From an uncultured Chroococcidiopsis sp. (GTDB lineage Bacteria; Cyanobacteriota; Cyanobacteriia; Cyanobacteriales; Chroococcidiopsidaceae), in contig CAXTYC010000003.1 of assembly GCA_964248365.1 (NCBI GenBank), forward strand, positions 192,001-256,000: DNA of 64,000 nucleotides. The letters are read 5' to 3'. A program made the translations under genes and the position numbers. This document shows, piece after piece, positions 21,457 to 31,960 of the stretch; within the stretch, counting starts at the first letter, position 1; each line of letters starts with the position of its first letter. Under the pieces are notes generated by a model that had not been told where the DNA came from, did no database searches, and worked only from the letters and a program-made list of their open reading frames with translations.

Positions 21457-22338
21457 TCAACTCATTTCTGTATTCATTGCAGCTAATACAGCTTGCTGGC
21501 TGACTTGTTGGTAGACACTATCTAAATATTTTTTCACAACCTCAGCTCTGGTTTCCGGTGAGTTTGAATTATTTCTAGCAGTTGTGTCTGTATCTAACTC
21601 AGCGATGGGTATTGCTCCCAACACATCTAAAACTGTATCACTGCTCGGAGACGGCGTAATTACAACCAGAGTCGCATCCAGTGGCTCGTTGTATTGCCAA
21701 AACGAGGAGCTAGGGGCTAGAGGCTGGGGGCTAGAGATAAGAGGTTTGCTTGTTTCCTGCTCCTCCTGCTCCCCTGCCCCTGGGCAACTCTGCCACGAGG
21801 CTCCCCTGCTCCGAAATTCTCTCAACGAAGCGATAATCTGATCTTTAGTGCGTCCGCGTAACTGAAATAGAACAAATGGGTCTTCACTAAAGCGATCGCC
21901 TAATTGGTAATATACTGCTCCTATATGCTTACAAGGATTTGCTTTGTCGGGGCAAGAGCATTTACTTCGCACTTCAGATAGCGTAAATGGAAACAACGAC
22001 AGTCCATTTGCTGTAAATACTTGTTCCATATTTTGCGGCATTTCTCCTGCCAACAGTTTCGCCGCCCAAATTGCCTGCACAGACATGGTTTCAATTACAT
22101 AACCCCATTGCTCATCGCTAAATGGTTCCAAAAATAGGGAAACTTTATATGGTTCTGGTTCTGTTCCTTGCACCTGTGCCAAAACCTTAGAGCCTTCAAA
22201 TTTGATACTGAGAATGTTTCCCTGTCGCGCATAGTTCCGCGCTCTTTCTAAACGCTTTTTGAAGCGATAAGAATCTAATAAATCAAGCCATCTTTGTGAC
22301 CACCATTCTCGACTTGCTTGAAAGTTGGAACTTGTCAT
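21457..22338 (-). CDS. SWIM zinc-finger protein (SNF2-associated)
   Basis: SWIM motif CSCPDKANPCKH, plus RLERARNYARQG and DPFVLFQLRG. Confidence 0.92.
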   Translation of the reverse strand: MTSSNFQASREWWSQRWLDLLDSYRFKKRLERARNYARQGNILSIKFEGSKVLAQVQGTEPEPYKVSLFLEPFSDEQWGYVIETMSVQAIWAAKLLAGEMPQNMEQVFTANGLSLFPFTLSEVRSKCSCPDKANPCKHIGAVYYQLGDRFSEDPFVLFQLRGRTKDQIIASLREFRSRGASWQSCPGAGEQEEQETSKPLISSPQPLAPSSSFWQYNEPLDATLVVITPSPSSDTVLDVLGAIPIAELDTDTTARNNSNSPETRAEVVKKYLDSVYQQVSQQAVLAAMNTEMS

Positions 22339-22450
22339 TCTCCTTTTTCCTGACTTAGTTTATACATTCTAAAATTTAGGGAACTTGCATAGTGACAAAA
22401 TAGGAGATGTAGTTGGCAGCTAAACGAGAAGGTGGGGATAAGCAAGAGGC

Positions 22451-22981
22451 TTAAGTCATTTTCTCTAAAGCCTGCTGCCATGCTTTTGCCTGGATAAGTA
22501 GCTGATTAATCAGTGGGGCTTTACTATCAGTATAGCGATCGCGCTCATAACGAAATTCTACCGCTAAGTGACGTTTCAAAGCTTCATATTGCTGCGCCGC
22601 TTGTGGGTGTGTTCTCAAAAAGTCCCGAAATAAAATGTGTCTTTCCCAAAACTCACTATTTACCTGTACTGCATGAATTTGATGAGTACGAGGCATCCCA
22701 CGCCTAAAGTAATGCCTTCCTGAAATTCCAAATTCACCAAAGTAGAGGTATCCCAGAGCTTCAAGACTAAAAATTTGATCGGGTTTTGGTGGAATTTCTA
22801 AACCTAAGAGTATATCAATAACAGGTTTAGCAGCTAGTCCTGGTACTGAGGTACTGCCAATATGCTGGATCTCTACAATTGTATCACCTAAAGCTTTGAG
22901 AATTTGGATTTTTTCTTGCTCATAGTGAATAGACCAATTAGCATCATAATCAACTACTAGAATCGGGTCTTCTCTTGTCAT
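22451..22981 (-). CDS. GrpB-family protein
   Basis: Motifs HIGSTSVPGLAAKPVIDI, FRDFLR and YEALKRHLA. Confidence 0.92.
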   Translation of the reverse strand: MTREDPILVVDYDANWSIHYEQEKIQILKALGDTIVEIQHIGSTSVPGLAAKPVIDILLGLEIPPKPDQIFSLEALGYLYFGEFGISGRHYFRRGMPRTHQIHAVQVNSEFWERHILFRDFLRTHPQAAQQYEALKRHLAVEFRYERDRYTDSKAPLINQLLIQAKAWQQALEKMT

Positions 22982-23042
22982 ATTTATATTTCCAAAACAA
23001 GCAAGTTTGAAACTAATTTGTTAACCATAAAACTCTTCCTAT

Positions 23043-23150
23043 TCAATAAATTAAATCATTTCCTGGTAGTACAGCTAAAACAAGAGCAGGGCGTAATTTT
23101 AATTGACTAAAATCTGAATAAGGAAAGCGAGTAATTACTACATCCCTCAC
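23043..23150 (-). pseudogene. PemK/MazF-family toxin remnant (35 codons), not in the ORF track
   Basis: The GTG start overlaps the upstream TGA (GTGA). It translates as MRDVVITRFPYSDFSQLKLRPALVLAVLPGNDLIY*, matching the MazF N-terminal DVV..PFP.SD....K.RPALV pattern. Confidence 0.75.
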
Positions 23151-23467
23151 AAGTCTTTCCCAGCTTCTTCATCCTCCGGCGAGCACCAATCTTCTGCAAA
23201 AGATGATTCACTCAAAAAAGCCATTGTAAACTTTTCTGGATGCTCTTTTATAAACTTACGATCAGCTTCATCTCGAATTGATCTTACGGTGTGTCTTAAT
23301 TTATCAAAATCTTGCTCTGGTAATTTTTCGATTGACTCCACAATTTCTGTTTTGTCTTTAAAATTCATTGTTTTCACAATGTCGGTATATTTTACCTGCT
23401 GCCAAATTTCATCAGGTAATTGCTCCATTTCTAGCTTGAAAAAATATCTTTTAGGTTCCATCATCAT
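23147..23467 (-). CDS. Putative antitoxin (DUF2281-like)
   Basis: It reads IEKLPEQ...LSESSFAEDWCSPEDEEAGKDL with an acidic tail, and is translationally coupled to the MazF remnant. Confidence 0.65.
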   Translation of the reverse strand: MMMEPKRYFFKLEMEQLPDEIWQQVKYTDIVKTMNFKDKTEIVESIEKLPEQDFDKLRHTVRSIRDEADRKFIKEHPEKFTMAFLSESSFAEDWCSPEDEEAGKDL

Positions 23468-23483
23468 CTTAAATTATCAACTC

Positions 23484-23609
23484 GTATGCCACCCATGCCC
23501 ACCGTAATTATTCCTCAAACCTATTAAATCCTAAAATTATTGAGGTGGGGATGGGCGGCATATAATTTATTGAATTCTAAAATCAGTAAGGTGGGGATGG
23601 GTGGCATAC
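23484..23609. repeat. GTATGCCACCCAT-family inverted repeat units (three arms)
   Basis: A forward arm lies at 23484-23503 and reverse arms at 23544-23563 and 23590-23609. The same family occurs at 34858-34913. Confidence 0.8.
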
Positions 23610-23612
23610 AAT

Positions 23613-26600
23613 CTATTCCTCATCCTCGTCAATTACAGCATTGCGCTCCAATACTAATAATTGCCGCAAAGAGTCTGTATCCATTTCAGTTAGCCAATTT
23701 TCCCCCGCACCCACGACTTGCTCAGCTAGAGCTTTTTTGCTTTCAATCATGTCGTGAATTTTCTCTTCTAAAGTTCCAGTACAAACAAATTTATGCACTT
23801 GAACATTGCGAGTTTGACCAATCCGAAATACGCGATCTGTGGCTTGATTTTCTACTGCTGGATTCCACCAACGATCAAAGTGAAAAACATGATTTGCGCG
23901 GGTTAAATTCAAGCCTGTACCACCAGCTTTGAGGGATAGAATCATAATTGGTGGACCTTGGGGATCGTGCTGAAAGCGATCTATCATTTCCTCTCTTTGT
24001 TTCTGGGAGGTACTACCATAGAGGAAAAAGATTTCTCGTCCTAATTGTTGCTCTAAATGCGGTTTGAGCAGTTTACCCCATTGGGCAAATTGGGTAAAAA
24101 TTAACGCGCGATCGCCTTCTGATAATGCTTCATCTAGCATTTCATCTAAACGAATCAGTTTAGCCGATCGCCCCGCTTCTTTGAGGCTATTTTCCTTTAA
24201 AAACTGCCCTGGATGATTACAAATTTGTTTTAGCTTAATTAAAAGAGCCAAAATCATTCCCCGACGTTGAATTCCTTCAGCAGATTCAATCTCAGCCAAC
24301 GATTCTTCCACAGTCTTTTGATACAGTTTCGCCTGTTCCGCAGAAAGTCCACAAAATTCTGTAATTTCCTGCTTTTCAGGTAAGTCTTGTATAATTGTGC
24401 GGTCAGTTTTTAGACGACGCAAAATAAACGGTTGAACGAGCGATCGCAGTGTCTTTAAAGAAGCTGCATCCCCATATTTTTCAATCGGTATAGCAAATCG
24501 TCGCTGAAAAAATTGGCGTGGTCCCAAATAACCAGGATTGAGAAAATCCATAATTGACCACAATTCTTGCAATCTATTCTCGACGGGAGTTCCCGTTAGT
24601 GCTGTGCGAAATTCTGCTTCTAACTGACGCACAGCCTGTGATTGCTTCGCTTCTGGGTTCTTAATATTTTGGGCTTCATCTAACACTATTCCTTGCCAAG
24701 AAACGCTTTGAAGGGTCTTGACATCTCTATGAATTAGTGCATAGCTGGTAATGATTAAATCCTTTCCCCCAACTGCTTGATTAAACGCCTTTCCTTTAGG
24801 TCTTTTATCACCGTGATACATCAAAACTTGTAGCGGAGAACCAAATTTTTTAACTTCCCTTTCCCAATTACCTAGTACAGAAGTTGGACAAACTAATAGA
24901 GTTGGTTTTTCTAGTGCATTTTGTTCTTTGAGGTGTAATAGAAAGGCGATGAACTGGATCGTTTTTCCCAGTCCCATATCGTCCGCTAGACACGCTCCCA
25001 AGCCCCAACGCTCTAGGAAGGTAAGCCAACCTGCGCCCCGTGCTTGATATGGGCGTAGTTCACCTCGGAAACCAGCAGGTGTAGGTAAGGGTGCGATCGC
25101 ACCATTATCACTCAGCGTTGTCATCAATTCCTGCAACGCGCCCGATGCTTCAAAACTAACTACAGGTAATTTTTCAATCGCCTGAGTATCACCAGTACTC
25201 AGCCTCAGAGCATCTTCTAAGGTAAAATTCAGCTTGTCTTTGCGAGATGCAAAAAATGCTTTTGCTGTCTTAATATCTTGAGGACGCAATTCCACCCACT
25301 CGCTATTAATTTCTACCAGGGGGCTATTTAGTGCCACCAAGCGATCAAATTCTTCTTTTGATAGAGTTTGCCCCCCGATTGCTAATTCCCACTTAAAATT
25401 CAACAAGCTTTGCAATCCCAAACGCTCGTTTTTCTTGCGTGGTGTAGTAGCGCTGACTTTTAAACCTAAACGGTTAGCCCAACCTTCGCGGTTTGCCAAA
25501 CTTGGAGGTAAAACAACCTGCAAACCACTATCTTCAAACCGCCAAGCCACTGATTTGAGAAATTCATACGCCTGTAAAGGACTCAGGCTACAAGAAGAGG
25601 GATTCGCCTGCTCTAAACTAGCTGAAATTGGGGCATAAATTCTAGAAGCTAACCCCAAACCTCGTAGTAAAGTTTCTTGTGGCTGCTCAATTGTACGATT
25701 TTGATAAACAAAGCTTTCAACAGGGTGTTGCCAAATCGTTGCTGCATCTACCAAAAACTCTGGATCGTTAGCTGCTTGTAAAAAGTAACTCAATGTCCAA
25801 TCATTATCACCAACACCTGGGGGAGAAAGTTTAAAGCAGGCGCGAAACAGACTCCTTCCTTCTAATTGATATTGCAAAGGTGCAGTCCAAGCTCTAACGA
25901 TCGCCTCTAGTCTTTCTAATTGTCCAGGTTCTGCTTTAACTATTGGAGAGCTATTAGACAAAGCTTGTAACCATTCTTGAAGGGGCGATGGTACAACTGG
26001 TAATGATTGATTCGTGGCGATCGCGCGGATTTGGGCATCTATCGTACTATTAAGAAAACTCAGCAGCAATTCCTGCGCCTGCGGTGGTAAATCCACTCTT
26101 AGAGCGGATTTGGTATTTTCTATCTCCTCGCCCCTCTGATAGAAACGACTTGCACCAGGCATTCCTTGGGCAAATTTTTCTAGCCGAGAAGAATCAGAAG
26201 CACTGTCTAGGAGCGATCGCCAAGAAGCAACAACCCAATTATCATCCTTACTCAATATAGGTAGAAATTTACACCGACTTAGCAAATCCAAACTCCAACG
26301 AGCCACCTGCGACCAAAAGCGTAAATCTCCCCCAATTGAGGAATTTTCTATATTATTACCAAGTGGTAAAGAACTAAGAAAAAGAATTGCCTCTAAGGGT
26401 TCTAAACAAAAACCTTCAACGAGCCAAGGTTGTAAAAAGTATGATGGGGTAGCGTCTCCTTCAGCAGTTTCCCAGGCTAATGTAGCAGAATGTACAGGGT
26501 ACATTGATGCCATTCCTTCTTTACCATTTTCTGCTATATGAGTTGGTAAAGCAATAATTTGGCATTCGGTAGGTCTACTTGCTTTAGCAGTATTTCCACC

Positions 26601-26837
26601 TTTACGAGTGCGCCCAGATGAGAGAGAAACCTGCTCAGATAATATTAATGATTTAGCAGTTTGTAGGTTGGAAGAGCGCAACCATTCTACTAATTCATCT
26701 GGCTTCATTGCCAAGGGGTGTTCTGATACATCTGCAAAATTAGCATCATTAATTGACAAAGAGCGCCAATTTTCTCCCCAAATAAATAGACATCCACTCT
26801 GATTTTTTCTTACCCAACTGCCATGTAAAATTGCCAT
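23613..26837 (-). CDS. SNF2/SWI2-family helicase
   Basis: Motifs LADDMGLGKT, DEAQNIKN, ALTGTPVEN, AGGTGLNL and QATDRVFRIGQ. Confidence 0.95.
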   Translation of the reverse strand: MAILHGSWVRKNQSGCLFIWGENWRSLSINDANFADVSEHPLAMKPDELVEWLRSSNLQTAKSLILSEQVSLSSGRTRKGGNTAKASRPTECQIIALPTHIAENGKEGMASMYPVHSATLAWETAEGDATPSYFLQPWLVEGFCLEPLEAILFLSSLPLGNNIENSSIGGDLRFWSQVARWSLDLLSRCKFLPILSKDDNWVVASWRSLLDSASDSSRLEKFAQGMPGASRFYQRGEEIENTKSALRVDLPPQAQELLLSFLNSTIDAQIRAIATNQSLPVVPSPLQEWLQALSNSSPIVKAEPGQLERLEAIVRAWTAPLQYQLEGRSLFRACFKLSPPGVGDNDWTLSYFLQAANDPEFLVDAATIWQHPVESFVYQNRTIEQPQETLLRGLGLASRIYAPISASLEQANPSSCSLSPLQAYEFLKSVAWRFEDSGLQVVLPPSLANREGWANRLGLKVSATTPRKKNERLGLQSLLNFKWELAIGGQTLSKEEFDRLVALNSPLVEINSEWVELRPQDIKTAKAFFASRKDKLNFTLEDALRLSTGDTQAIEKLPVVSFEASGALQELMTTLSDNGAIAPLPTPAGFRGELRPYQARGAGWLTFLERWGLGACLADDMGLGKTIQFIAFLLHLKEQNALEKPTLLVCPTSVLGNWEREVKKFGSPLQVLMYHGDKRPKGKAFNQAVGGKDLIITSYALIHRDVKTLQSVSWQGIVLDEAQNIKNPEAKQSQAVRQLEAEFRTALTGTPVENRLQELWSIMDFLNPGYLGPRQFFQRRFAIPIEKYGDAASLKTLRSLVQPFILRRLKTDRTIIQDLPEKQEITEFCGLSAEQAKLYQKTVEESLAEIESAEGIQRRGMILALLIKLKQICNHPGQFLKENSLKEAGRSAKLIRLDEMLDEALSEGDRALIFTQFAQWGKLLKPHLEQQLGREIFFLYGSTSQKQREEMIDRFQHDPQGPPIMILSLKAGGTGLNLTRANHVFHFDRWWNPAVENQATDRVFRIGQTRNVQVHKFVCTGTLEEKIHDMIESKKALAEQVVGAGENWLTEMDTDSLRQLLVLERNAVIDEDEE

Positions 26838-27275
26838 TTTAACAACAAGTAGATCTGCACACTATAGATATTTTACTTATAATAATATTAATTATAATAT
26901 TTACAATTTCATATGTATACCCTAGCCCCATTGGGCAAAAAGCTAATCTTGATACATCCGGTTAAAAAACATACTTTGATGTAATTTTGCTAATAAATTT
27001 TGAATTTTCAATCAAAAATAATTGTTTGTGGAAAATAAGGGGCTGGGGGAGAGTGGGAGCTGGGAGAGGGGGAAAGGGAAAGCAGTCCCACGTCAGTAGT
27101 CAGTAGTCAGCAGTTAGCAGTCAGTAGTTCACCCACTCTCCCCCTCTCCCCTGATTCCCACTCTCCCCTGATTCCCCCAGCCCCCCATTCCTAGATCCTA
27201 GTCTCTCAGTAAAGGTATATCGATGCTAGGATTGCCACAGAAGGAAAATAGTGATAAAGAAGGACAAAAAACTGA

Positions 27276-29432
27276 ATGGTAGAGATTGATAAGTCTATAT
27301 CCTTTGACGGACGGGATATAAGACTTAAGGTAGGTCTATTGGCTCCCCAGGCTGGTGGATCTGTGCTAATGCAATCTGGGGACACAGCTGTTTTAGTTAC
27401 TGCTACTCGCTCTGCTGCTAGAGAGGGTATTGATTTTCTACCCCTAACAGTAGACTATGAAGAAAGACTTTATGCCGTAGGTAGAATTCCAGGTGGGTTT
27501 TTGCGGCGCGAGGGTCGTCCACCAGAAAAAGCAATTCTCACTAGCCGTCTGATCGATCGCCCACTGCGTCCCCTGTTTCCTGGTTGGTTACGGGATGATC
27601 TGCAAGTTGTTGCCACAACTATGGCAATGGATGAGCTTGTACCGCCGGATGTGCTAGCGGTAACTGGTGCTTCGTTAGCTGTGATGCTAGCAAAAATTCC
27701 GTTTATGGGACCGATGGCAGCGGTGCGGGTTGGTTTGGTAGGAGACGATTTCATTATTAATCCCACCTATGCAGAAATTGAAGCCGGAGAATTAGATCTG
27801 GTAGTAGCAGGCTCCCCAGAAGGCGTGATTATGGTGGAAGCTGGAGCAAACCAACTGTCAGAACAAGACATTATTGAGGCGATTGATTTCGGCTATGAAG
27901 CGGTGCGGGACTTGATCAAAGCCCAACAAGATCTGCTGGCTGAATTGGGAATTGAACAAGTGCAAGAAGCACCGCCCCCATCAGATTCTACCTTGGCTAA
28001 CTTCATCCGCGATCGCGCGATCAACTCAATTAAAAAAATCCTCTCCCAATTCGATCTAGATAAAAACGGTCGGGATGAAGCTTTAGATGAAGTAAAACAA
28101 TCAATTGTCGCCAGTGTAGCAGAACTACCAGAAGACGACCCAATTCGCGTTGCAGTCACATCAGATAGCAAGGCACTTGGGAACACCTTCAAAGATCTAA
28201 CCAAACAATTGATGCGCCGTCAAATCATTGAAGATGGCGTACGGGTGGATGGTCGTAAGCTCGATGAAGTGCGTCCCGTTTCTTGTCAGGTTGGTATTTT
28301 ACCCCGACGAGTTCACGGTTGCGGTTTGTTTAACCGAGGGCTAACTCAGGTATTATCCGCTTGTACTCTCGGTACACCAGGAGATGCCCAAAATCTCTTT
28401 GATGATCTGCAAACGGATCTGGAAAAGCGCTATATCCATCATTACAACTTCCCACCCTTCTCGGTTGGGGAAACCAAACCCTTACGCGCCCCAGGTCGCC
28501 GCGAAATCGGTCACGGCGCACTAGCAGAAAGAGCAATACTACCTGTTTTGCCACCAAAAGAAGAATTCCCCTATGTGATTCGGGTGGTGTCGGAAGTTCT
28601 TTCTTCTAATGGTTCCACCTCGATGGGTTCGGTATGCGGTTCAGTCCTAGCTTTGATGGATGCAGGAGTACCAATTACTAAACCTGTTAGCGGCGCAGCA
28701 ATGGGCTTAATCAAGGAAGGCGATGAAGTACGTGTCCTGACTGATATTCAGGGCATTGAAGACTTTTTGGGCGACATGGACTTCAAAGTAGCTGGCACAG
28801 ATAGCGGGATTACAGCCTTACAAATGGATATGAAGATCCCAGGTCTTGCTCTGACAATTATTGAACAAGCGATTAAACAGGCTCTAGGGGCGCGTTTGCA
28901 CATCTTAGAGAAGATGCTTGCCACTATCGACAAGCCACGTACTGAAACGTCACCTTTTGCCCCGCGTCTGTTGACAATCAAAATCGAGCCAGAATTCATT
29001 GGCTTGATCATTGGACCTGGAGGCAAGACAATCAAGGGTATCACCGAGGAAACTGGAGCCAAGATCGATATCGAAGATGATGGTACAGTGACAATTTCTG
29101 CCCTAGATGAGAGCAAGGCAAAAAAAGCCCGCAATATTATCCAGGGAATGACACGCAAGCTGCAAGAAGGCGATGTTTATGCTGGTCGTGTGACTCGCAT
29201 TATCCCAATTGGTGCATTTGTAGAGTTTTTGCCTGGAAAAGAAGGGATGGTTCACATTTCCCAACTAGCTGACTACCGAGTCGGTAAAGTTGAGGATGAA
29301 GTGGCAGTTGGTGATGAAGTAATTGTCAAAGTGCGGGAGATAGACAATAAAGGTCGGATTAATCTTACCCGCTTGGGTATTCATCCAGAGCAAGCCACAG
29401 CAGCACGAGAAGCCGCAGCGGTTGAGCGTTAA
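27276..29432 (+). CDS. pnp: Polyribonucleotide nucleotidyltransferase
   Basis: Motifs [27 protein letters not shown] and GDMDFKVAG, plus KH and S1 domains. Confidence 0.98.
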   Translation: MVEIDKSISFDGRDIRLKVGLLAPQAGGSVLMQSGDTAVLVTATRSAAREGIDFLPLTVDYEERLYAVGRIPGGFLRREGRPPEKAILTSRLIDRPLRPLFPGWLRDDLQVVATTMAMDELVPPDVLAVTGASLAVMLAKIPFMGPMAAVRVGLVGDDFIINPTYAEIEAGELDLVVAGSPEGVIMVEAGANQLSEQDIIEAIDFGYEAVRDLIKAQQDLLAELGIEQVQEAPPPSDSTLANFIRDRAINSIKKILSQFDLDKNGRDEALDEVKQSIVASVAELPEDDPIRVAVTSDSKALGNTFKDLTKQLMRRQIIEDGVRVDGRKLDEVRPVSCQVGILPRRVHGCGLFNRGLTQVLSACTLGTPGDAQNLFDDLQTDLEKRYIHHYNFPPFSVGETKPLRAPGRREIGHGALAERAILPVLPPKEEFPYVIRVVSEVLSSNGSTSMGSVCGSVLALMDAGVPITKPVSGAAMGLIKEGDEVRVLTDIQGIEDFLGDMDFKVAGTDSGITALQMDMKIPGLALTIIEQAIKQALGARLHILEKMLATIDKPRTETSPFAPRLLTIKIEPEFIGLIIGPGGKTIKGITEETGAKIDIEDDGTVTISALDESKAKKARNIIQGMTRKLQEGDVYAGRVTRIIPIGAFVEFLPGKEGMVHISQLADYRVGKVEDEVAVGDEVIVKVREIDNKGRINLTRLGIHPEQATAAREAAAVER

Positions 29433-29434
29433 TT

Positions 29435-29672
29435 TCTAGCTGTTAGCTGTTACCAGTTACCAGAGCTAAAAGCTAATCGCTAAAAGCTAAAAGCGCGCTC
29501 GCTTTTATTTCGAGATTTTAGATGTTGAATTCATTGCAAATCTAAAATCCGTCTGGCGATCTGGCGATCGCCAGATCTGGTATCACTAGGCAGTTACCAG
29601 TTACCAGTTACCAGTTACAGCTAAAAGCTAATAGCTAATAGCTAATCGCTAAAAGCTAACAGCGCGCTCGCT
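29435..29672. repeat. Duplicated STRR cassette (AGTTACC + AGCTAAW + GCGCGCTCGCT) flanking a HIP1-centred palindrome
   Basis: Two similar blocks ending in agcgcgctcgct (about 29445-29503 and 29591-29672) surround ATCTGGCGATCGCCAGAT. Confidence 0.7.
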
Positions 29673-29761
29673 GATTTAAGCCCTTTTGCCTCAAACGACC
29701 CCCTAAAGCATTAAACTATTGTTTACATTTCGTAGTGTTCTAAGAAAAGATCGAGTCACCT

Positions 29762-30487
29762 GTGCGGAAAATAGTTATTGCTGGCAATTGGAAAATGTTC
29801 AAAACCCAGGCAGAGTCCCAAGAATTTTTACAGGGATTTCTACCCAGCCTAGAGGAAACACCCGCCGAAAGGGAAATAGTCTTGTGCGCTCCATTCACTG
29901 CTTTAAGCATCCTATCCAAGAATTTGCACGGGGCGATCGTGCAGCTAGGCGCGCAAAACATCCACTGGGAAGAGTATGGAGCTTACACGGGTGAAATCTC
30001 AGGTCCCATGCTGCAAGAAATAGGAGTACGCTATGTGATTGTCGGTCACAGTGAACGACGGCAATACTTTGGGGAAACCGATGAAACTGTTAATCGGCGG
30101 CTAAAAGCAGCTCAGCGTTATGGACTAATCCCAATTCTTTGTGTGGGAGAAACCAAACAACAACGGGATGCAGGTGAAACCGAAGCACTGATCTCGATGC
30201 AATTAGAAAAAGATCTGGTAGATGTCGATCAGCAAAACCTAGTAATTGCTTACGAACCAATTTGGGCGATTGGTACTGGCGACACTTGCGAATCAATAGA
30301 AGCCAACCGCGTAATTGGTTTAATTCGTAGCCAGCTAACTAATCCTAACGTGTCAATTCAATATGGCGGTTCCGTTAAACCCAACAACATTGATGAAATC
30401 ATGGCTCAGCCAGAAATCGACGGTGCTTTAGTCGGTGGAGCAAGCCTAGAACCCGCCAGCTTCGCTCGCATTGTCAACTATAAATGA
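29762..30487 (+). CDS. tpiA: Triosephosphate isomerase
   Basis: Motifs [24 protein letters not shown] and YGGSV. Confidence 0.98.
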   Translation: MRKIVIAGNWKMFKTQAESQEFLQGFLPSLEETPAEREIVLCAPFTALSILSKNLHGAIVQLGAQNIHWEEYGAYTGEISGPMLQEIGVRYVIVGHSERRQYFGETDETVNRRLKAAQRYGLIPILCVGETKQQRDAGETEALISMQLEKDLVDVDQQNLVIAYEPIWAIGTGDTCESIEANRVIGLIRSQLTNPNVSIQYGGSVKPNNIDEIMAQPEIDGALVGGASLEPASFARIVNYK

Positions 30488-30505
30488 AGGCAAAAAGGAT
30501 AAAGG

Positions 30506-31471
30506 ATGAAGGATGAAGGAGGCAGGGGGGCAGAGGGGCAAGGGGCGCAAGGGGCAGAGGAATCGGACTGGGTTGAAGAAAGTTCCTCTGTTTGCGCCTT
30601 TGTGTCTTTGCGTGACCAAAATCCAAAATCTAAAATCAAAAATCCCCTAGTAATCCGAGGACATACCTTTGAGTGGGGAAAGCGCACGTATCTCATGGGA
30701 GTGCTGAACGTAACGCCTGATAGCTTTAGCGATGGTGGCGAGTTCAACACCCCAGATGCGGCTTTAGTGCAGGCGCAGCAGCTTATAGCAGCAGCAGACA
30801 TAATTGATGTGGGCGGACAGTCAACGCGACCTGACGCTGTTGAAATTTCTCTGGAAGAAGAACTAGAGCGAGTGCTGTCCGTCTTGCAGTTGCTACGACC
30901 AAATATTTCAGTACCAATTTCAGTAGATACAACTAGGGCAGCTGTCGCAAAGGCTGCTGTTGCTGCTGGGGCGGATATAATTAATGACATTTCTGGGGGG
31001 ACTTTTGACCCTGAAATGTTGCCGACTGTAGCCCTTTTGGGTGTGCCAATTGTGTTGATGCACATTCGAGGTACACCTCAAACAATGCAGCAGCTAACCC
31101 ATTATCAAGATTTAATTGGCGAAATTTATCAGTTTCTCGAAAGTAGGATTACTGATGCGATCGCAATTGGAATTCACCCAGATAAAATCATTATTGATCC
31201 TGGTATTGGGTTTGCCAAGAAATACAACCAGAGTTTAGAAATTATTCGCCGTCTATCAGAATTTCGTTCACTCAACTGCCCCATCTTAGTAGGAGCATCT
31301 CGCAAAAGTTTCATTGGTCATATCTTAAATCAACCACTTCCAAAAGCGCGAATTTGGGGAACAGCAGCGGCTTGTAGTGCAGCGATAGCTAGTGGTGCTG
31401 ATATCTTACGAGTGCATGATGTCACTCAAATGCGGGATGTTAGCCGAGTTGCTGATGCTATATATAGGTGA
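30506..31471 (+). CDS. folP: Dihydropteroate synthase (start uncertain; N-terminal extension is repeat-derived)
   Basis: Motifs MGVLNVTPDSFSDGG, IDVGGQSTRP, IIDPGIGF, SRKSF and RVHDV. Confidence 0.95.
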   Translation: MKDEGGRGAEGQGAQGAEESDWVEESSSVCAFVSLRDQNPKSKIKNPLVIRGHTFEWGKRTYLMGVLNVTPDSFSDGGEFNTPDAALVQAQQLIAAADIIDVGGQSTRPDAVEISLEEELERVLSVLQLLRPNISVPISVDTTRAAVAKAAVAAGADIINDISGGTFDPEMLPTVALLGVPIVLMHIRGTPQTMQQLTHYQDLIGEIYQFLESRITDAIAIGIHPDKIIIDPGIGFAKKYNQSLEIIRRLSEFRSLNCPILVGASRKSFIGHILNQPLPKARIWGTAAACSAAIASGADILRVHDVTQMRDVSRVADAIYR

Positions 31472-31562
31472 ACTCCTCAGATGTAAGGGCGGGTTTAATT
31501 GAGATCTTGCAGCATTCTTAATCAGTACCAAAACCCGCCTTGAAATTAATGTCAAGGAACCA

Positions 31563-31831
31563 ATAACTTAAGTGCGTTTAAACGCACTGGTTGCCTCAAA
31601 CAGTAGACCTCTTGCAAAAGTCTTTTTTTTTGTTTCGCGCAATAGACTTGGACACCCCCCCCCGACCCCACGTAAAGTGTCCGCGCAAAGCCGCGATCGT
31701 TCGGAGGCAAAAAGTCTCGCGCAATTCTCCCTATGCAAGAAGTCTAGTAGCTAGTCAGATTCATTCGAAGGAAGCTGTAAGCCGAGGAATTTATTCCCTA
31801 GCGGACTTGGACACGTGGTGCAAGATGTGAA
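31563..31831 (-). mobile_element. Partial inverted copy of the 33662-33838 miniature element, interrupted by a smaller MITE
   Basis: It shares AGTGCGTTTAAACGCACT, cctcaaacagt..., gattca.ycgaagga.gctgtaagc and the end GGTGCAAGATGTGAA with the reverse complement of 33662-33790. Confidence 0.85.
31605..31745. mobile_element. 141-bp MITE with ends like the IS5 element at 8052
   Basis: Ends are AGACCTCTTGCA ... TGCAAGAAGTCT, with an AGT direct repeat on both sides. Confidence 0.85.
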
Positions 31832-31960
31832 TTAACCTAGATTTGGGTAAAAAACGAGTTAAAAGCAATAAACCCGCCCTATTGTAAGAAGCTTAATAGT
31901 TAAATAGCCTTTGTCAGTGGGAATCCTAAAAGTAAAAGGATAATCCCCAGATCTACGGTT

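Noticed and set aside
29719..29994. Alternative-frame and antisense ORFs over tpiA (and similar ones over pst, pnp, ndh and bamA)
   Set aside because: They are shadow ORFs of well-supported genes with no independent features.
31572..31830. Short ORFs of 60 and 79 aa
   Set aside because: They lie wholly within the nested MITEs and have no protein motifs.
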